Assembly (NCBI RefSeq): GCF_000002865.3
Contig: NW_001865055.1
Location: forward strand, 725,617-777,551
Source of the DNA: Monosiga brevicollis MX1
Lineage: Eukaryota
DNA length: 51,935 nt
Direction of reading: 5' to 3'
A program made the position numbers and the translations under genes. Under the pieces are notes generated by a model, which saw nothing but the letters and a program-made list of their open reading frames with translations, ran no database searches and was not told the DNA's origin. This document shows, one piece after another, positions 1 through 11,156 of the stretch (position 1 is its first letter; the number at the start of each line of letters is the position of its first letter).

Positions 1-3000
1 TGGCCCGGTGGCGTCGCGCTCGCTCGAGCACGTCATCTGCCAAACGAGCACTCGGCGTGCCTCGGCCAACCTCAGCAGACCAGTCCACCCACTCAGTAGC
101 CTCTCGGCGATGTGAAGGCCGGCTAGTGCCACCGGTGCCGAGCCCCAGTCGGCTGTACTCGGCATTGGCATCTGTTGCCCATGCTTCGCTGGTCGTGGTG
201 TCGCCGTGCGCAAGACTGCTCACTTGTGATATTGTCGAGGCTGGCCCAGCCGGTACCGAAGTGGCATGGAGCGTGGGCTTGACTTGAGCAGCCGCGGGCC
301 CTGGGCTTTGGATATCCAAAACACTGCCCAACTCGGTCCAGGATTCGTCGCCACGCAAGCGCTGCGGGCGCAGGGGCACCATAGAGGGTCCAGGCACGCC
401 GTGGCCTTGGGACACCGTGCCCGAGTGGCCAACAGGGTGCAACCGCTTGAAAGTGGTTGCCAAGTCGATGGTTGGGTCGGCTTGAGGCCCAGGCAATGCA
501 GAATCATCTGCTTGGGCCGTGGGCATGGTCCTTGAGCGGGGAGGTGATGATGTCCGCGCCGGAAGCTCGTAGTCGATGATTGATGGTGCGCTTTCGTGGC
601 TTGGGAAGGTTGGTTGTAAGTCAAGCTCTTCCGTGCCAGAGCGCGTAACCATATGGGGATGGACCTGGGCATCAAGATCTAGTCGACGAGCCGCCTCACG
701 TTGGTGCTCGCGCAACTCCTTAACACGAGCCTGCTCAAGCAGCGCCTCTTGCTCGGCAGCAATTTCATTCAAACGCTGACCAACGTGGTCAAGCTGTCGA
801 CCACGTAGGCGATAAGCCGCTGCAGCCCGACGATTTTGCTCTAGCTGCCGGTGCCAGTCACTGGGCGCAAATTGACGACGTTGTGCGGCATATTGCGCCG
901 CGGCTACATCGCTGTCCACGCGCTCAAATACTCGACGCATTTCCTCGCTGGTGTGTCCCTGAGCCACTCGTGCTTCTCGGGGGCCGTAGTGTTGAGTGTA
1001 CTCGGTCGCTACGATTGGGAGACGACACGACGACACGACGACAACCCATTGAGCGTGCATCACCGTTCACCACCCAGCGCGAGATGGTACCATGGCGATA
1101 CAACGACACCACTAGGAATCAATAGGAGCAGACAAGATTGACCCCTTTTCCCCCTGACTTACTTGAAGGAATTTTTTCAGGTTGGGTGGGGCGCCGAGAA
1201 GGCGAGGGATATTGCCAGTCCATGTACCTAGAATCAGGAAGACAAAACAGTGAGGCCAAGAGCTGTGGGACGAGAAATTGAATGGATTCAAGTCCAGCTT
1301 ACCGATTGCGATATTCAGTATCATAGGTGGCTAGCTCTGGCAAATCGGGTTGACCAATGCCGCTCGATACCACGCTCGGCCGCCCAGCGGCTGGCAGATC
1401 ATGCTGTGCGAGCGTGGAACAAGCAATTGTGAGTGATCCAAAAACCTGGCCACGAGGCGGGAATGGAAAAATTGAATGCAACTCACCACTTGGAGGGTGT
1501 TGGGGGTGGTCGCTTTGGAAGCCAGCTCACGCTCGGAGCGATATGTGGCTGGGGCACCACGTGTCGGAGAGGTCACGGCACTCGTGGTTGGAATGTTGGT
1601 GTGCGGCAGGGGTAGTCCAGATCCAGCACGAGGCCAGGCGGGCTCTTTACTTGAAACATGGGGCTGTAAAGCCTGATGCGTCAGGCTGTCGTCGGTTTGC
1701 ACAGCGGTTGACTCGCGCCACGAGCGGGGAGATTCATAGCTGTGTTTGTATTCGGAGACAGGCCTATACTTCAAGGGGCTAGCGACCAGAGCAGCGGCGA
1801 TGGGGTCTAGCGGTGGCGCGACGTCGGCTTGAATGCCAACAGAAACGGCGGGCTTTTCACGGCGTGATTGCACCGCAGCCGTGGGCCAAGCCTCACGCGG
1901 CGGTGTTTGAAATGACGCCTTCGAAGACGCCGATGAAATGGTGTTATGCTGCGCTGCGGCTGCGTTGGTCCGTGCCGAGGCGATTGTAGCTGGTCGCGGT
2001 GCCGCAATAGGTGGGGCAGGCACTGGAGGCACATCGTAGGCTAGGGCATAGGTAGAGTCGACGAGGCCTGGTGGCGCAATGCTACGGTAGTGGGCAAGGA
2101 CATCGGCTACGGTGGCGGGGTCGGTACGACGAATATCGCTTTGCATGATACACCGTGCTGACGAGGGGCCACTCTCGGCAGGCCAGACGTAGGCACGATC
2201 GTATTCAGATGGAGGCATGGGCAGATCCTCGGGTGCGGGCACGGGCATGGGCTGTGTTGGCGGGGCCCAAGCAGGCCGTGGGGCACGGACGGGAGTTGAG
2301 GCGGTGTCAGGGCCCAGAGGTTTGCGATACTGCATAGTGTATTCTGATGGATCCAGGGGTGGAACGGGGCGATTGAGCGCCACGCCAGCTCCCGAAGAGG
2401 TGGAGTCATCGGCAGCAAAGAGGACGCGGTTATGGCGTCGATCGGCCATGGGGCGAGGCTCGTTGTGGAGAATGCTACGCACGGCATCGTGGTCAGCACG
2501 CTGATAGTGGGCAGGCAAAGGAGGTGCGTGCTGCAGGCGAGTATCCCCGTGGACTGGGGCTAGATCCAGTTCGTCTGGGGGAAGAGCGTGTCCGCGGCCA
2601 AGATTAGCCATGTTTTGACGCCGGACGGGCGAGTGGACATTGCCCGAGGGAAGGCCGGCCGCGCGCACGGGCACAGATGTGACGGCAGCCGTGGCTGCAG
2701 GAGCAGGCGCAGGTGCAAGCGTGGCAGACGCCGAGGTTGTTGGGACAGCCGTTGCAGGAGCGGGACGAGATGCTGGCGGGGGCGACGTGGCTGGGGGATC
2801 GGCGATGCGAACGTGTTTGGCAGCTGGCGCTGTGGTGGGCACGGGGGGCGCAGCTTGGGCAGTGAACACGGGTGTGCTGGGGACAAAGTGGCCATAGGCA
2901 GCATCGACAACGCGTTGGGACTCGACGTCATATTCGGATTGACGAAAGGTTGAAGCATCCACGCGCGTGTGGCTGGGAAGGGCGACCTGAGCCCGACGGA

Positions 3001-3169
3001 GAAGAGACCGGCGAAAGGCTTTGCTGAGACCGCTCCCGCCAAAGGGCAGCGGTTCGCCAAGGTCTGCGTCTGGCAGAAGAACGCTAGGAACACCTTCCCC
3101 TGCTGCTGCCCCATTGCCATTAACTGCTGACGCAGGTGCGCCTACACCAGCACCTGTAGCCGGCGGCAT
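1..3169 (-). CDS. MDM1-like (SAXO/Mn-motif) microtubule-lumen/centriolar protein; multi-exon, 3' end beyond the window
   Basis: Long ORF 1331..3334 (first ATG at 3169) continues through GT-AG introns (donors at about 1486, 1302, 1162) into a minus-strand frame that stays open to position 1. Repeated [ST]EYxxxY-type motifs: SEYTMQY, SEYDRAY, STYALAY, SEYKHSY, TEYRNRY, TEYTQHY. Segment WHRQLEQNRRAAAAYRLRGRQLDHVGQRLNEI resembles, from recall, the conserved MDM1 W..(V/L)..R..A..YR.R...H...LN.I block. Splicing around 1000-1160 is not fully resolved. Confidence 0.65.
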
Positions 3170-4093
3170 GGTGCTGGTCGGTCCTCGGGGATCGTAGGGT
3201 GGCGTCTGCGCATGGGCGGGCACGCCCGCCGACAGCAGTGCCAGGCTTCCCAGTGTGGCGGTCACAGCACACCACCACCTCGCCAGACAGAATGAGAAGA
3301 CGTCAGCAGCGCAGATGTCAACCGACAACGGCAACGGAGCGTCCAGCGCACGGGGGCAGACAGACGGTCACCGGTGTCGCAGCGCAGCGAGATCTGTTTG
3401 AGAGGCGTGAAAGTAAATGTGAGAGAGAGTGTGTATAAGTCGGGAACTGTGGGAGAGAAGAGGAACAAGTCTGGAAGACGATCAGAGATGCGTTTGTTTT
3501 GCGAAAACCTTTGCCTGCGAATCCGTACTAAAATAAAGAGATAGAGATCGAATTTGATGAACTTGAAGAGAGAACGAGATTCAAGAACTTGCAATGAGAG
3601 ACAGAGGCAGAGAAACAACGTAAGAAAGTTTAAAAAAAAAACGGCGAAAACAAGAGAGAGAGAGAAATTAAAACTTTTTGGTCGTTACAACAAGACCTAT
3701 TTTCGGCGCATTGGACTATCAATAGATTGTCAGAACAAATTCGCATTTGCTCTCTAATGTTAAGATCTTGATCTCGAAAGTTAATCGAGGTGAGGCTCGA
3801 CGGCGACAGCTGGTGCAGCGCGAGGGCAGCGCCCAAAGGACGGCGGTGGCGCGTCAGTAGTGATGAGGATGGTGTCAGGAGAGCAGCAAAGCGACAGAAG
3901 CAAGTTTTTGGGCAGGACAGCGATTCGTGACAAAGTTTCACAGTTCTGGGAGACACCCGACAGTCAGATGCCTCTTGGTGGCAGAGGTGGATCTCGAGAT
4001 GCCCTTGCTCAAAGCCCGGATTGCTCATGCTTGCTTGTTCGTGTTTGTAGGGGTGAGCACCGGATGGCACGACATCACGACGCAATGCATGAC

Positions 4094-5080
4094 ATGGCGC
4101 GCTTGGCGGCGCTGATGCTGACACTGGCTGTTGTGGGCGCCTCAAGCACAACACCTCTGCTGGACCCGGATAGCTTCGTGTCTGAGCGCATCTTCAGTAG
4201 CCCCACCCTTGGCTGTGGGGCCGCAGACTACATGCTCTCCGTGGGTTGGGCCAACAAGCAGTGCTACCAGGATGGACCCAACAAGTATCGCAGACTCTCC
4301 TTTGACGCGAGTGCTTGCTCCGCAGCGCAGAACGTGACCGTGGCGATTGACGCTCCATCGTGTGATGCTGCCCAACCCGACTCGTCCTTGCCTATGAACA
4401 AGTGCGTCCCATCGGCGGCCACAAACACCTCGGTGCTCTTTCAATGCATGTGCAATCTACCCGATGCGTCCCAAAACTTTGGTCTTGTGCCATTTAAAGG
4501 GCGCTGTGGCGATGCCTCGAGCGTAATGATGGAAAACGCCCTGTTCCGTGAAAACGGCTTCTGCACACCCAACACCGACGGATCAGAGGGCTCCACGCTC
4601 TACTTCCTAACTGACGCCTGTCAGGCGAATCAGACGGTCGTGGCTGTGGTCTATAGTGATCGCCATTGCAAGGGAACCCCGCTGTCCGTCCCAGCGGCCA
4701 TCAGCGTTGACTCTTGCTTCGAGTCCAATGGATACATGGTAGGAGCATATTGTCCTTGCCGTGGTACCGACCTGGGCCCGGCTACGTTGGATCTACGCAC
4801 CTTTGCCAATAGCGAATGTAGTAGCCGTGAGCCGGGTCCCCACATCCAAGCCCACTTGAACCAATGCGTGGCCTTTGCCGGGCCCTCCGGGCTCCTCCTG
4901 TCCATGCGCATTAAAACCCCGGCAGGCGATGTCTGCACTCCGCACGCCACCTACCAAGTGGACACATTTATGGATGCCAACTGCACGACGCCGGCCTCCA
5001 GCAACCCGCTTATTACACACACTTGCTCCATAGTCCAGTGGGGCACGATGCTGTTCTCCGGCAACGTCACCTGCCTTTAG
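4094..5080 (+). CDS. Secreted cysteine-rich protein of three ~100-aa Cys modules; intronless, unknown function
   Basis: ORF 3860..5080. The likely start MARLAALMLTLAVVGASS is signal-peptide-like (alternative ATG at 4064). Three modules have similar Cys spacing and end CMC, CPC and TCL; Y/FxDxxC motifs (YSDRHC, FMDANC); several N-x-S/T sequons. Confidence 0.7.
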   Translation: MARLAALMLTLAVVGASSTTPLLDPDSFVSERIFSSPTLGCGAADYMLSVGWANKQCYQDGPNKYRRLSFDASACSAAQNVTVAIDAPSCDAAQPDSSLPMNKCVPSAATNTSVLFQCMCNLPDASQNFGLVPFKGRCGDASSVMMENALFRENGFCTPNTDGSEGSTLYFLTDACQANQTVVAVVYSDRHCKGTPLSVPAAISVDSCFESNGYMVGAYCPCRGTDLGPATLDLRTFANSECSSREPGPHIQAHLNQCVAFAGPSGLLLSMRIKTPAGDVCTPHATYQVDTFMDANCTTPASSNPLITHTCSIVQWGTMLFSGNVTCL

Positions 5081-5731
5081 GCCTACCGCCTGGAAAGCCA
5101 CATGGATATGCGCGCTTTGAAGCCCGCACCCATGCCTGTTGATGTGCTTGTGATCATAGTCATACTCATGTTATTGTCACTGTGAGCGCTATTAATTGCA
5201 TACCGAGCGCTTGGCATCTTGGACCTCTGATGAAAGAGACTTCTCGAGTGTAGATGGGACAGACAAAACATGCGTAATATTTTATTCGCGCCACGTCGGC
5301 GCAAAGCCCGCAAATGGCAAGACGCGCTCCGGTTATGCGTGTGCTGAATCTTACTGAGAGAATGAAGTGCCGGAAACGGACAGTCAGGAAATCAATTGTA
5401 CGGCCTACTCCTTGGAAAGGCTGAAAGAGCATCAAGAGATTTGGGGAGTCAAGGTGATTGTCCGAATTTTGTGTCGAGGCTTGCCAAAGGACAGGCACGT
5501 CAGCCTTTGAAATTCAGTCCGAATATATGAGAACAAGATACAATACGGAAATACAGCAAATGCTTTGAACCGATGACGGGCTGAGCGATAGTCATCTCAT
5601 GGACGACAAAGTGTGGAAAGCTGACGGATACAACACCATTCAGGTTCACAGCGTCCTGTGGATGGAGGTCCATCATTCGGCTTGAAAGTCAAGACGCAAA
5701 GACGCAAAACTCAGCCTCGAGAATGCTAGGT

Positions 5732-7038
5732 TCAGATCAAGTTGAAGCGAGTTTTCCAGTACCACTGGCCATCGTTCCGGTACCAAGCAATCTTGTGGTC
5801 ATTAACACTGGCGCTGAGGACGTCGACATCGCCGTCCCCATCCAGATCTGCCGCATACACTGAGTAGGCAAAATCAGCGGCGGTGGAGATGATGATCTGG
5901 GCGGAAAAGGTGCCGTCGCCGTTGTTCCGGTACCACGCAATCTTGTCGTCGCCAGAAATGGCGCTGAGGACGTCTAGATCACCGTCACCGTCCAAATCTG
6001 CCGCATACACCGAGCGGGCATAATCAGCAGCGGTGGAGATGATGATCTGGGCGGAAAAGGTGCCATTGCCGTTGTTACGGTACCAAGCAATCGTGTTGTC
6101 ATTGATGCTGGCGCTGAGGACATCGAGATCACCGTCGCCGTCCAGATCTGCCGCATACACCGAGCGGGCGCTGTCAGCGGTGGCGGAGATGATGACCTGG
6201 GCGGAAAAGGTGCCGTCGCCGTTGTTCCGATACCAAGCAATCTTGTCGTCATTAACACTGGCGCTGAGGACGTCGACATCGCCGTCCCCATCCAGATCTG
6301 CCGCATACACCGAGCGGGCGCCGTCAGCGGTGGCGGAGATGATGATTTCGGCGGAAAAGGTGCCGTCGCCGTTGTTCCGGTACCACGCTATCTTGTCGTC
6401 GCAGAACTGGCGCTGAGGACGTCTAGATCACCGTCGCCGTCCAAATCTGCCGCATACACCGAGCGGGCATAATCAGCAGCGGTGGAGATGATGATCTGGG
6501 CGGAAAAGGTGCCATCGCCGTTGTTCCGATACCAAGCAATCGTGTTGTCATCAATGCTGGCGCTGAGGACGTCGACATCGCCGTCCCCATCCAGATCTGC
6601 CGCATACACCGAGCGGGCGCCGTCAGCGGTGGCGGAGATGATGATTTCGGTGGAAAAGGTGCCGTCGCCGTTGTTCCGGTACCACGCTATCTTGTCGTCA
6701 ACAGAACTGGCGCTGAGGACGTCAACATCGCCGTCCCCATCCAGATCTGCCGCATACACCGAGCGGGCGCCGTCAGCGGTGGCGGAGATGGTGAGTTGCG
6801 GGACGCTTGACCACATGCTTGCCGTTGCTTCAAAAAGGAAAGCAAAGGCCGCCTTCACGTCGACACCGTTGACTACCACTTTATCAGTCGAGTTGATGTA
6901 CAACGTGCCGGCCTCATCCACCGTGATCGATGGCTTCTGGGCCGCCGCCGCGACCAGTACCGCACACAGCACCCAAACTAGAACCAACACCTCCACGAGA
7001 CAACGTCCCCTTGCCCGCAGACGCATCGATGACGCCAT
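5732..7038 (-). pseudogene. FG-GAP repeat beta-propeller copy A (7 blades) with a 1-bp frameshift (pseudogene or sequence error)
   Basis: Split into ORFs 6388..7053 and 5732..6310. At about 6401 the repeat reads gtcgtc-gcagaact, one base short relative to sister repeats. Hydrophobic signal, leader KPSITVDEAGTLYINST, seven AADLDGDGD(L/V)DVL...IAWYRN repeats, C-terminus GQWYWKTRFNLI. Confidence 0.8.
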
Positions 7039-7467
7039 GACCCTGGTCTTCACTCCAATTCCTCTCGACCGTGTGCGTGTTCCTAACCAGCCTCCTTTGA
7101 AAGCAAATACATCCGGATGGACTACACGGACTCCCGATGTTGTGTACGAACGCAGTGATGGTATCTAGAATACGAATGCAGTGAATGTTTCCTGCGCTCT
7201 GCTGCTTCTTCTCTTTTTATCGGCATTGCTATCATCGAGCAGCTCAGGACAACACCACCACGCTTTTAAAATTCGAGTCAGATGAAAATGGCCTCATGCG
7301 TTTGGGGTCTGATGGAGAAGGAGGCGCTATCGGTGAGCGATAGCAACAATACCGAGAAGACACAGTGTCGGAAGCTCACAGCCAAAACAATATCAATTCT
7401 ACTGCCTACTCGTCAAACCCAGGTCGATCGTCCGGCTGGACAAGGCACAAAGATGGTCTCAATCAAA

Positions 7468-8823
7468 CTAATTGAAGTGAGTTTTCCAGTCCCACTGACC
7501 GTTGTTGCGGTACCACGCAATTTTGTTGTCGTCGCGGCTGGCGCTGAGGACATCGAGATTGCCGTCACCGTCCAGATCCGCCGCATACACCGAGAAGGGA
7601 TAATTGGCATTGGTGGAGATGACAAGCTGGGCGGAAAAGGTGCCGTCGCCGTTGTTCCGGTACCATGCAATTTTTTTGTCGTTCCAGCTGCCGCTGAGCA
7701 CATCGAGGTCACCGTCACCATCCAGATCTGCCGCATACACCGTGGTGGCAGCAAGCCCGGCAGTGGAGATGATGAGCTGGTCGGAAAAGGTGCCGTCGCC
7801 ATTATTTCGGTACCACGCAATTTTGTCGTCGTTGCGGCTGGCGCTAAGGACATCGAGATCACCGTCGCCATCCAGATCTGCCGCATACACTGAGATGGCA
7901 TAATCAGCAGCGGTGGAGATGATAATCTGGGCGGAGAAGGTACCGTCGCCGTTGTTCCGGTACCACGCAATCTTGTCGCCGTTGATGCTGGCACTGAGGA
8001 CGTCAAGATCACCGTCACCGTCCAGATCCGCCGCATACACCGAGCGGGCGCCATCGCCAGCGGCAGTGGAAATGACGATCTGCGCGGAAAAGGTGCCGTC
8101 GCCCTCGTTCCGATACCACGCAATCTTGTCGTCATTGACGCTGGCGCTGAGAACATCTATGTCACCGTCGCCGTCCAGATCTGCCGCATACACTGTGTGG
8201 GCATAATCGGCATCGGTGGTGAGGACAATCTGGGCAGCAAAGGTGCCGTCGCCGTTGTTCCGGTACCACGCGATCTTGTCATCACCAGCACTTGCACTGA
8301 GGACGTCAAGGTCACCGTCCCCGTCCAGATCTGCCGCATACACCGAGGTGGCGCCTCCGACGGCGGTGGAGATGACGATCTGGTCGGAAAACGTGCCGTC
8401 GCCGTTGTTCCGGTACCAAGCAATCATGCTGTCATGAACACTGGCGCTGAGGACATCGAGATCACCGTCGCCATCCAAATCTGCCGCATATGCCGAGAGC
8501 GGGCCGTCGGCGGCAGTAGAGATGACGAGCTGCTCTGGTGCGCTCCACCACAAGGCTGGCGTGGCGTCAAAAAGGAAGGCAAAGGCTGCCTCCACATTGA
8601 TACCATTGACCACCACTTTGTTCGTTGAATTGATGTACAACGTGCCTGCCTCATCCACCGCGATCGACGGCTTCTGAGCCGTCCCCGCGACCAGTACCGC
8701 ACACAGCACCCAAACCACAACAAGCATCTCCATGGTGCAACGTCTCCTGTCCCGCAGACGCATCAATATCAATGACGCCATGGTCCTCATCATCCCCACT
8801 TCAGCCAGATCGTGCTCGCCCAT
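7468..8823 (-). CDS. Secreted FG-GAP/calcium-blade beta-propeller protein, copy B (7 repeats, intronless)
   Basis: Intact 451-aa ORF. Hydrophobic signal MLVVVWVLCAVLVAGTAQ, seven ~50-aa repeats with the DLDGDG Ca-binding motif, ends GQWDWKTHFN. The true start may be a downstream Met. Confidence 0.9.
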   Translation of the reverse strand: MGEHDLAEVGMMRTMASLILMRLRDRRRCTMEMLVVVWVLCAVLVAGTAQKPSIAVDEAGTLYINSTNKVVVNGINVEAAFAFLFDATPALWWSAPEQLVISTAADGPLSAYAADLDGDGDLDVLSASVHDSMIAWYRNNGDGTFSDQIVISTAVGGATSVYAADLDGDGDLDVLSASAGDDKIAWYRNNGDGTFAAQIVLTTDADYAHTVYAADLDGDGDIDVLSASVNDDKIAWYRNEGDGTFSAQIVISTAAGDGARSVYAADLDGDGDLDVLSASINGDKIAWYRNNGDGTFSAQIIISTAADYAISVYAADLDGDGDLDVLSASRNDDKIAWYRNNGDGTFSDQLIISTAGLAATTVYAADLDGDGDLDVLSGSWNDKKIAWYRNNGDGTFSAQLVISTNANYPFSVYAADLDGDGNLDVLSASRDDNKIAWYRNNGQWDWKTHFN

Positions 8824-8849
8824 GCGCGTTTACTGCTTTTCTTGCTCGA

Positions 8850-8851
<2 letters not shown>

Positions 8852-8932
<81 letters not shown>
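8852..8932. repeat. (GT)n microsatellite upstream of FG-GAP copy B
   Basis: Uninterrupted GT dinucleotide run. Confidence 0.95.
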
Positions 8933-8934
<2 letters not shown>

Positions 8935-9714
8935 GTGAACAACGTCGAATGTCAGATAACTTGTTCGTGTCCGTTCGTGTCCGTTCGTCGGTTTATTTAC
9001 GCTTGGATGTTCATGGGAGCAAAGGCTTTTGGATCTGTGCGCAGGTCTTCAGGTGTGGAACGAATGAGGGGTGTATCTTGGATTACTTGAAGGACGTGAT
9101 GGGGCATGGCTTGCATGTGGTGTGCTAGCACGACCCTTCCAGCCATGATACACGGATGATGTCTGATCAGCCCATCTCTCAAGCTATAAAAGCCCATCTG
9201 ATCATGCCAACGACCCAGGCTGCGGCAAATGAAGAGCTCAAGATCAGGTCCGACCACGCCATCGCTTGTCGGGTAAACAACGAAACTGGTGAAGATAAGG
9301 CCACACACCAAGCCAGCTGCAATTCATCCTGACACGTGTATCGTCAAACCCCTTCTGTTCCCTGCATCCCCTTCAACATAGCTGGAACAGTCCTCGCAAA
9401 TCCTTGTCTACGATGGTCCCCTTGAGCAGTAGTTGGTGTCTTTGAGAAATCCAATTCCTGGACTTTGCTTTCTTCCAAATCCAATTGATGATGAGGATCG
9501 TGGTAAATGAAGGGAGTAGAAACACATTCGACCAGGCAGAGGAGCAATTTCGGAGTGAGACTCAAGCGCCACAAGTTGTAAGCCGATGTCTCCACTGCCT
9601 CCTCTTCCTGCTCTGCAAGGAGATTCAGAGCCAAGAGCATCTTGTGGAGTCAGCAATTGTCCGACGTGTATGAATGAGGCGTACAAGACGCAAAGATGGT
9701 TAAGAGTGCAGGGT

Positions 9715-9804
9715 TTAGGGCAAATTGAAGCGAGTTTTCCAGTCCCACTGGCCATCGTTGCGGTACCAAGCAATCTTGTTGTCATGGCGGCTGGCGCTGA
9801 GAAC
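9715..9804 (-). pseudogene. FG-GAP remnant C: 3' end only
   Basis: Encodes VLSASRHDNKIAWYRNDGQWDWKTRFNLP-stop, close to the end of copy E. Homology breaks abruptly at about 9805. Confidence 0.85.
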
Positions 9805-10180
9805 TTCCAGCTAAACACAACGTTTCTCATTTGCGCATGGAACATCACCGCGGGCCAAGCTCTAGTGCCGCCTCGAAAGACGCTTGCCTTGGTCGAACCC
9901 ACGCCACTTGATCAGACAAATCATCACTTCTTCTCTTTTTATCGGTATTGCTATCATCGAGCAGCTCAGGACAACACCACCACGCTTTGAAAATTCGAGT
10001 CAGATGAAAATGGCCTCATGCGTTTGGGGTCTGATGGAGAAGGAGGCGCTATCGGTGAGCGATAGCAACAATACCGAGAGGACTCAGTGTCGGAAGCTCA
10101 CAGCCAAAACAATATCAATTCTACTGCCTACTCGTCAAACCCAGGTCGATCGTCCGGCTGGACAAGGCACAAAGATGGTC

Positions 10181-10284
10181 TCAATCATACTAGAAGTGCA
10201 ACGTCTCCTGTCCTGCAGACGCATCAATATCAATGACGCCATGGTCCTCCTCATCCCCACTTCAGCCAGATCGTGCTAGCCCAT
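10181..10284 (-). pseudogene. FG-GAP remnant D: copy of B with nearly the whole CDS deleted
   Basis: 9927-10187 nearly duplicates the 3' flank of B (7205-7465) and is joined directly to sequence matching the first codons of B (8735-8845). Confidence 0.85.
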
Positions 10285-10323
10285 GCGCGTTTACTGCTTT
10301 TCTTGCCCGAAGAGAACAAACGC

Positions 10324-10328
<5 letters not shown>

Positions 10329-10384
<56 letters not shown>
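10329..10384. repeat. (GT)n microsatellite upstream of remnant D
   Basis: GT run at the position equivalent to the run upstream of B. Confidence 0.95.
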
Positions 10385-10387
<3 letters not shown>

Positions 10388-11156
10388 GGAGTATTGTTGT
10401 GTTTCGTGTGTGTGAAAAACGAATGTCAGATAACTTGTGCGAGTCTGAGCGTACATACGTTGATGAGAGCAAAAGCTTTTGATCCGTGCGTAGGCTTTGG
10501 AACGAATGACATGACCTCGCATGGCTGCAAGTGGCGTTCTAGCAGGACCGATCCAGCCGTGATGCAGGGATGATGTCGGATCAGACCATCTCTCAAGTTA
10601 TGAAAGCCCGCCCAATCGCGCCATCGACCAAAGCTGCGGAAAATGAAGAGGTCAAAATCAAGTCTGACGGCGCGATCGCTTGTCGGGTAAACAACAGAAC
10701 TGATAAAGATAAGGCCACACACCGAGCGAGCTGCACTTCGTCCTGACACGTTGATCATCAAAACACATCCGCTCCCTGCATCACCTTCAACAAACCTGGA
10801 ACAGTCCTCGCAAATCCTTGCCTACCATGGTCCCCTTGAGCAGTGGTTGGTGTCTTTGAGAAATTCAATTCCTGGTCTTTGCTTTCTTCCAAATCCAATT
10901 GATGACGAGGATCGTGGTAAATGAAGGGAGAAGAAACACATTCAACCAGGCCAGGCAGAGAATCAGGGGCAAGGGGTCGGACATAGCAGTTTCGGAGTGA
11001 GACTCAAGTGCCACAAGTTGTAAGCCGATGTCTCCACTGCCTCCTCTTCCTGCTCTGCAAGGAGATTCAGAGCCAAGAGCATCTTGTGGAGTCAGCAATT
11101 GTCCGACGTGTATGAATGAGGCGTACAAGACGCAAAGATGGTTAAGAGTGCAGGGT

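Noticed and set aside
7468..8823. Integrin alpha call for the FG-GAP proteins
   Set aside because: No thigh/calf domains, transmembrane helix or GFFKR tail; the proteins end right after the propeller.
9344..9640. ORF in the repeated inter-gene spacer
   Set aside because: The frame is not conserved in the homologous spacer copies (stops and indels), and no known domain is recognisable.
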